From: Trichomonas gallinae
Lineage: Eukaryota
Direction: 5' to 3'
Length of the DNA stretch: 32,756 bases
Assembly: GCA_008369845.1 (NCBI GenBank)
Contig: MRSU01011305.1
Location: 1-32,756, forward strand
Position 1 is the stretch's first letter; the number at the start of each line of letters is the position of its first letter. Positions 27,906 to 32,756 of this stretch are shown here, piece after piece. Made by a program: the position numbers and the translations under genes. The notes under the pieces are model-generated. The model saw only the letters and a list, made by a program, of their open reading frames with translations. It was not told where the DNA came from and searched no databases.

Positions 27906-30900
27906 TTAAGCGTAGATCGACTTGACCCACTCAGCGAATTCGTAGCCGCCATCGACCTGCTTGAGCTGCGTTTTGAGGTAAGCAGCATCTTCTGGTGGGA
28001 AGTACTGGTCGATCTGAGCCTCTGTGAGGATTGGGTTGTTGTTGGCGATTGCTTTGAAGGCTTCCATTGTTGTGTCTGTTGTTTCGGCCTTGGAGAAGTA
28101 CTCGAGCATGAACTTAACGTACTCTTCGAATGTCATAGACTCCTTCTGTTCAGCGGAGTACTTCTTGCAGAACTCCTTAGCCTGGTCGTCTGTGATATCT
28201 TCGCCGAGTGCTGTAAGGCAAGCCTTGAGTTCGTAGTATTCAAGTGTGTTTGTGTGGTCCTTGTCGAAGTGGTTGAATGTTTCTCTGAACTCCTGGAGCT
28301 GTTCTTCGGAGATCTGGAGACCCTTCTCTGCAGCGATGGCAGCATCGATTTCGCGGACAAGGCCTTCGATGTGGGAAAGAATGTTAGCGAAGAAGGCAGC
28401 AATGGAATCTGGTGTATCTTCGATAGCAAGATGGAGTTCGTCCTTTTCGAGATCTTCGAAGATTGGTGTGAGAGCCTTGGCCTCCTCATCAGCTGCTGTA
28501 ACTTCATCTCTGATGGCAAAGAGAGCTTGCTGCTTCTCGACGAGTGAGCCGTCGACAGCTGTAACCTTCTGTTCGAGTTCGCGAGCCTTGGCGACTGAGA
28601 CAGCAGCCTTCTGGTTGTAAGCGTTGATACGGGCTTCTCTGTCATCAGCGTTGATCTTCTCGTTGTTGGACTCTTCCTTGTGGTTAAGGAAGGCGATGAG
28701 TGTATCAAGGGAATTCTTGAGGGCATCTGGTGTAACCTTAACTCTGAAGTTGAGGTTAAAGTCTGTCAACTCCTCATATGGCTCGTTGAGTGTTGGAAGC
28801 TCTGGCTCGATAGCTGTAGCGTGTTCCTTAGCAGCAGCAATCTTGTCCTTGAGCTCGAGTGGTGTGCCTGTGAGGTCCTCAGCCTGGACAGCCTTGATCT
28901 TGTCCTGGATAGCAACAGCGAGCTTGTCGAAGTCAGCAACCATCTCGTTGAAAATCTCAGCGAGCTTCTCTGTGATGAAGGAAAGTGTAGAAGCGTAGAT
29001 CTTTGTGATTGTAGCTGGTGAGTCCTTGACAGAAAGGTGGAGTGTGTCTCGTTCGAGAGCCTCGTACTCTGGCTTGAGAGCAGAAAGTCCCTCGCGCTTG
29101 TTACCGAGTTCAAGCTGAGCGGAGAGGTAAGCGTTTCTCTTTGTTGTGCGGTCGCCGTCAATGGCAACAACGGAAGAATGGAACTCGTTAGCGATGTCGA
29201 CGTACTTCTGAGCGAGTTCGTTGTAGGCAGCGATGCGAGCCTCGTTGGCCTCCTTGACGAGCTGAGCCTTGAGCTGCTCGATTAGGTTGACGAGGTAACC
29301 AGAGAGGATATCTGTGTCACGAACGAGGTCACTTGGTGTGTGCTTGACCATGTTGGCGATCTTGCAGGATGTCAAGTACTGGTATGGCTCGCCGAGTGTT
29401 GGCTCGATGGAAGCCTTTGTCTCGGCAAGGTCTGCCTGACACTTCTCGATTTGGTCCTTCTTCTCCTGTGTTGTGCCCTGGACAGAGTCGGCTGTCTTGT
29501 TGATGCCTTCGATCTTCTCACGGATGGCGAAAGCCTGTGTGTTGTACTCCTCAACGAGAGCTGTGTGGATCTCGGAGATCTTTGTCTGGCATGTGTTCAA
29601 GAGGTCTGTGTACAAGGCAACGATGGCATCTGGTGTATTCTCGATACCAAGGTGGAGGGAAAGCTTTTCGAGGTTCTGGAAGATTGGGCGGATTTCAGCA
29701 ACTGTGTCACGCTTCTGCATGATTGTCTCAGACTTCTCGACATAAGCAGCACGTTGCTCGCGGAGTGTGCCCTGGATAGCATCGAGTTCAGCCTTGAGAG
29801 CTGTGATTTCGTCGAGGTACTTCTGTGCGGCATCGTTGTACTCCTGGATCTTCTTCTTGTTCTCATAATCGAAGATGGCAGCCTTGTTGGATTCAATAAG
29901 GCGGTTGAGGTAAGCAATGAGCTGCTCGAACTCGCTCTCGACGGCGATGACTGTGCGCTTGACACGGTTGTTGAGTCTGAGTTCAACGAGTTCGTCGAAC
30001 TTTGGCTGAATTTCCTTGACATTCTCGGAGGCTTCCTGACCTTGCTGGAGGAGCTGGGCAAGAGCATCACGCTGTTCGTAGAGGTCGCCAGAAAGTCCAT
30101 CAGCCTTTGTGCGGATTTCCTCGCCAATAGCGATCTTGGCATCAGCAGCTTCATCGTAAGCACCGATGAGCTTAGCCTGGAGATCCTCAAGGATGGCTGT
30201 GAGTTCAGCACGGCGGTCAGCGGCTGTCTTTTCGATCTCCTCGAACTTAGCTGTGAGTGTCTGTGGCTCGAGTCCCTCCTTAACGACTGGGACTGGACGG
30301 CCTGTGGAGTTGCACTTTGTGAGAAGCTGGCCCCATGTCTTCATAGCGATACCACGCTTGTCGACGATGACTGGGCGAACTGTGCGGCCGAACTTGATGC
30401 AGTTGAAGAGCTTGGACTTGACACCTGGAACTGTCTCGTCGTAGTCCTTAGCGAGGAGTTTCTCGCGCTCTGTGTTGATAACATCGATGCACTCCTGGGC
30501 CTTCTGTTCGTAGTCGGACTGGAGTTCAGCGATGGCGCGCTGGATGCCGATTGTGCGCTTCACCTTGTCAGCCATGGCCTGGACCTTGGACTCACTGGCG
30601 AAGAAGTGGAAGAATTCAGCGACCTGCGTAACTACAGACTTTTCATCTGGCTGTGTGTCGACAAGATCTTCTGGATCGAGATAAACATAGATACCGAGTT
30701 CCTTGCAAGCAGCAAATGCCTTCTCGCAGTTCTCCTTGTGGTTGTTGTGGTCAAGTGTGGAGTAATCGAGAAGATTTGGACGGAACTTATTGATGAGAGC
30801 GCAGAAAGCAAGACCGTCGGACCATGATGTTGTGAAGTTTGTGACGTTAACACCATCATAGCCGGCTGTGTTCTTCTTAGCCCAAATGAGAAGGGCATCA

Positions 30901-31301
30901 CGAGCTGTAGCTTCTTCAACAGAAATTTCTTCAATCAAGAACTTGTTGATGATTGTCCAAATGAGACCGAGTGTAAGCTTCTTGTGCTTATCAATGATAT
31001 CGTCAGAGCCGATACCGACCATACGGATGTTCTTAGATGTGATGAAGTCAAGAGCGATACCAACGTTTTCACGCATCTGAACGCGCATCTTTGGTGCCTT
31101 GTGCCACTTGCTCTTGATTTGCTCCTTGGAGACGATTTCGAGAAGCTGGATGAGTTTTGTACCATCAGCGAAATCTTCTAAAACTGACTCGAATGGAATC
31201 TGCTTAGCCATAAGCTGCTTGGCAGTCCATCTTGAGAAAACTTTGATCTGGGTTTGTTCCCAAGCGTCATTGAGAAGTCCACGATTCTGAGCTGCAGACA
31301 T
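27906..31301 (-). CDS. ACTN: Alpha-actinin (trichomonad type with atypical extended rod)
   Basis: Tandem CH domains (QIKVFSRW, DFADGTKLIQLLE, KLTLGLIWTII, LLIWAKKNT, NFTTSWSDGLAFCALI, PDEKSV); long helical rod; C-terminal EF hands (EFRETFNHFDKDHTNTLEYYELKACL). Strong codon bias suggests high expression. Confidence 0.95.
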   Translation of the reverse strand: MSAAQNRGLLNDAWEQTQIKVFSRWTAKQLMAKQIPFESVLEDFADGTKLIQLLEIVSKEQIKSKWHKAPKMRVQMRENVGIALDFITSKNIRMVGIGSDDIIDKHKKLTLGLIWTIINKFLIEEISVEEATARDALLIWAKKNTAGYDGVNVTNFTTSWSDGLAFCALINKFRPNLLDYSTLDHNNHKENCEKAFAACKELGIYVYLDPEDLVDTQPDEKSVVTQVAEFFHFFASESKVQAMADKVKRTIGIQRAIAELQSDYEQKAQECIDVINTEREKLLAKDYDETVPGVKSKLFNCIKFGRTVRPVIVDKRGIAMKTWGQLLTKCNSTGRPVPVVKEGLEPQTLTAKFEEIEKTAADRRAELTAILEDLQAKLIGAYDEAADAKIAIGEEIRTKADGLSGDLYEQRDALAQLLQQGQEASENVKEIQPKFDELVELRLNNRVKRTVIAVESEFEQLIAYLNRLIESNKAAIFDYENKKKIQEYNDAAQKYLDEITALKAELDAIQGTLREQRAAYVEKSETIMQKRDTVAEIRPIFQNLEKLSLHLGIENTPDAIVALYTDLLNTCQTKISEIHTALVEEYNTQAFAIREKIEGINKTADSVQGTTQEKKDQIEKCQADLAETKASIEPTLGEPYQYLTSCKIANMVKHTPSDLVRDTDILSGYLVNLIEQLKAQLVKEANEARIAAYNELAQKYVDIANEFHSSVVAIDGDRTTKRNAYLSAQLELGNKREGLSALKPEYEALERDTLHLSVKDSPATITKIYASTLSFITEKLAEIFNEMVADFDKLAVAIQDKIKAVQAEDLTGTPLELKDKIAAAKEHATAIEPELPTLNEPYEELTDFNLNFRVKVTPDALKNSLDTLIAFLNHKEESNNEKINADDREARINAYNQKAAVSVAKARELEQKVTAVDGSLVEKQQALFAIRDEVTAADEEAKALTPIFEDLEKDELHLAIEDTPDSIAAFFANILSHIEGLVREIDAAIAAEKGLQISEEQLQEFRETFNHFDKDHTNTLEYYELKACLTALGEDITDDQAKEFCKKYSAEQKESMTFEEYVKFMLEYFSKAETTDTTMEAFKAIANNNPILTEAQIDQYFPPEDAAYLKTQLKQVDGGYEFAEWVKSIYA

Positions 31302-31308
31302 CTTGGAT

Positions 31309-31320
31309 AAGTGAAGTGAA
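31309..31320 (-). promoter_or_regulatory. Tandem initiator TTCACTTCACTT of alpha-actinin
   Basis: Two adjacent TCACT Inr matches within 20 nt upstream of ATG 31301. Confidence 0.7.
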
Positions 31321-31499
31321 TATTTATAAGTTGACCAGATTTTTTTGAATTAGTCGAATTCTTTTCCAATTTAAGAAAAGGAACAAGATGATCAAAGAAA
31401 ATCTTCGAAAAAAAATTACGTTTAGAAATTTTGAATAACAAAATAATCGCATCTACTCTTTCAGTAAATGCTATTGATGAAAGAAAATACCGAAATTAT

Positions 31500-31781
31500 C
31501 ACTTCACTTTGTAAATCTATCAAATTTAAAATCGATATTATCTATTTTTAGCAAAAGAATCAAAATATAAAGAAAAATCACCAAAATCTTACACTTCACT
31601 TTTTATTTTTATCAAATTCATGGATTGATATTACCTATATTTGGTAATAGAATCGAAATACAAAGAGAAAAAACACAAATCTTGCACTTCACATTGTAAA
31701 TTTGATAAACGGATGAATATTATATATAACATATAGAAAATAAAAACTACGAAAGAAATGTTGAAATTCGTTCACCTCACC
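31500..31781 (+). repeat. Degenerate tandem repeat, ~88-93-bp unit, about three units
   Basis: CACTTCAC at 31500, 31592, 31685 and CACCTCAC at 31773. Units 1 and 2 align along their length (TATCAAATT, GATATTA, AGAATC, AAATCTT shared). Confidence 0.8.
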
Positions 31782-32756
31782 AAAGCTTTCAATTTGGGAC
31801 ATTTCGGAATTTTTTGTTATATTTGACATCTTCGTAATATTTTATGGGCGTAAAAGAACGCAAAATAAGTCATTGCTATCTAATATTATCATTATATTTA
31901 CGATTAATTTTGATTGGAAAGATTTAATTAATATTTTTAGATCTTCTTTAATCATGTATGCTGAAAATAATATTACTGCGGTGAAAAGTAGGTTTAAGTC
32001 AAGATTTTAATTGAAAAATTTTATTTTTACATCGTAGAACAAAATTAATACTACAAATAGCTTATCTATATAGTAAAGTATATGTTTAGCGGATTATACT
32101 CATTTCGAAGCATTCATTTTCAAAAAAGTAATCTACATCATATCTTGTGTCTCCATAATTTATAGTCAGCATAGTGTACTGAATATATTGAAATAGATTG
32201 TGCACTCCAAATTGCCTCCATCGACCGATTTTACAGCTCAAAGAGATTTTTTGATGCATAGTCACCGATTTCGGACCAAGAATTCAATTTACTCATGCCA
32301 TATAAAGCTATTATTAAAATAATATTCCTTGAATTGCAGAGATTATAAAAGAAAAATATTTTCCTTAAAACAAACCTTAATCACTTCAGTAAATTTTATT
32401 ACTGCACTTGTAGATTTATTCAATTATTTTCAAATCGAACTACGAAGACGATTTTTCTCTATTTTTTACGTTGGTGTATAATTGCTGTATGTTTTATAGA
32501 TGTTTACAATTTTCGGTAAATCATCATCCTTGAACGATTCCAATAAAATGATTTAATACCTTAGAATAGTATAAGTATATATACATAAACAGAACCAATG
32601 ATTGTTGAATATAAAATAACTTTGTCTGCCACGTAATATTAATTGATCATTCCTAACATATGACTCTGAATGAATTTATACCATACCCCTTTTTGGTCTC
32701 CAAAAGTGAGCTCGGTCTCTGGCAGAAAGGTGAGTTAAGGTTAATACCCAAAAAAG

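Noticed and set aside
29340..30827. 495-aa antisense ORF and others inside alpha-actinin
   Set aside because: Expected from strong codon bias in a highly expressed gene; no recognisable motifs.
31500..31781. Periodic CACTTCAC considered as a CRISPR-like repeat-spacer array
   Set aside because: The intervening sequences are homologous to each other rather than unique spacers, there are no cas genes, and the context is eukaryotic.
32086..32310. Short minus-strand ORF (~57 aa) and coding-looking patch
   Set aside because: No recognisable family or clear Inr; it may be a relic but cannot be supported from sequence alone.

Overview
Eukaryotic, gene-dense DNA with intronless genes and very AT-rich spacers. 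It is most consistent with a trichomonad (Trichomonas vaginalis or a close relative), based on TCA(C/T)(T/A) initiator elements just upstream of ATGs, stop codons overlapping TAAA, a DUF3447-type ankyrin gene and an atypical-rod alpha-actinin. Left to right: papain-family cysteine protease with a large N-terminal extension, a probable pseudogene fragment, EXO1, a small hypothetical protein, a DEAD-box helicase with a ~520-aa FG/RG/N-rich extension, an ankyrin protein, GAS8/DRC4, a myristoylated kelch protein, a long disordered Ser/acidic protein, a candidate 79-aa gene, a type I DnaJ, a 1745-aa protein with what looks like a dead USP domain, a BTB/BACK-like protein, alpha-actinin, and a degenerate ~92-bp tandem array. 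I see no rRNA, tRNA, CRISPR array, recognisable transposon or operon-like multigene system. The best leads are single-gene: the germ-granule-like FG-repeat helicase, the pseudo-deubiquitinase, the poly-SIM/Nopp140-like protein, and a protease with an unusual S2 pocket. Non-coding leads are the tandem array and a recurring TTTACATGTCA palindromic motif. All family calls come from motif recognition by eye; no database searches were run.
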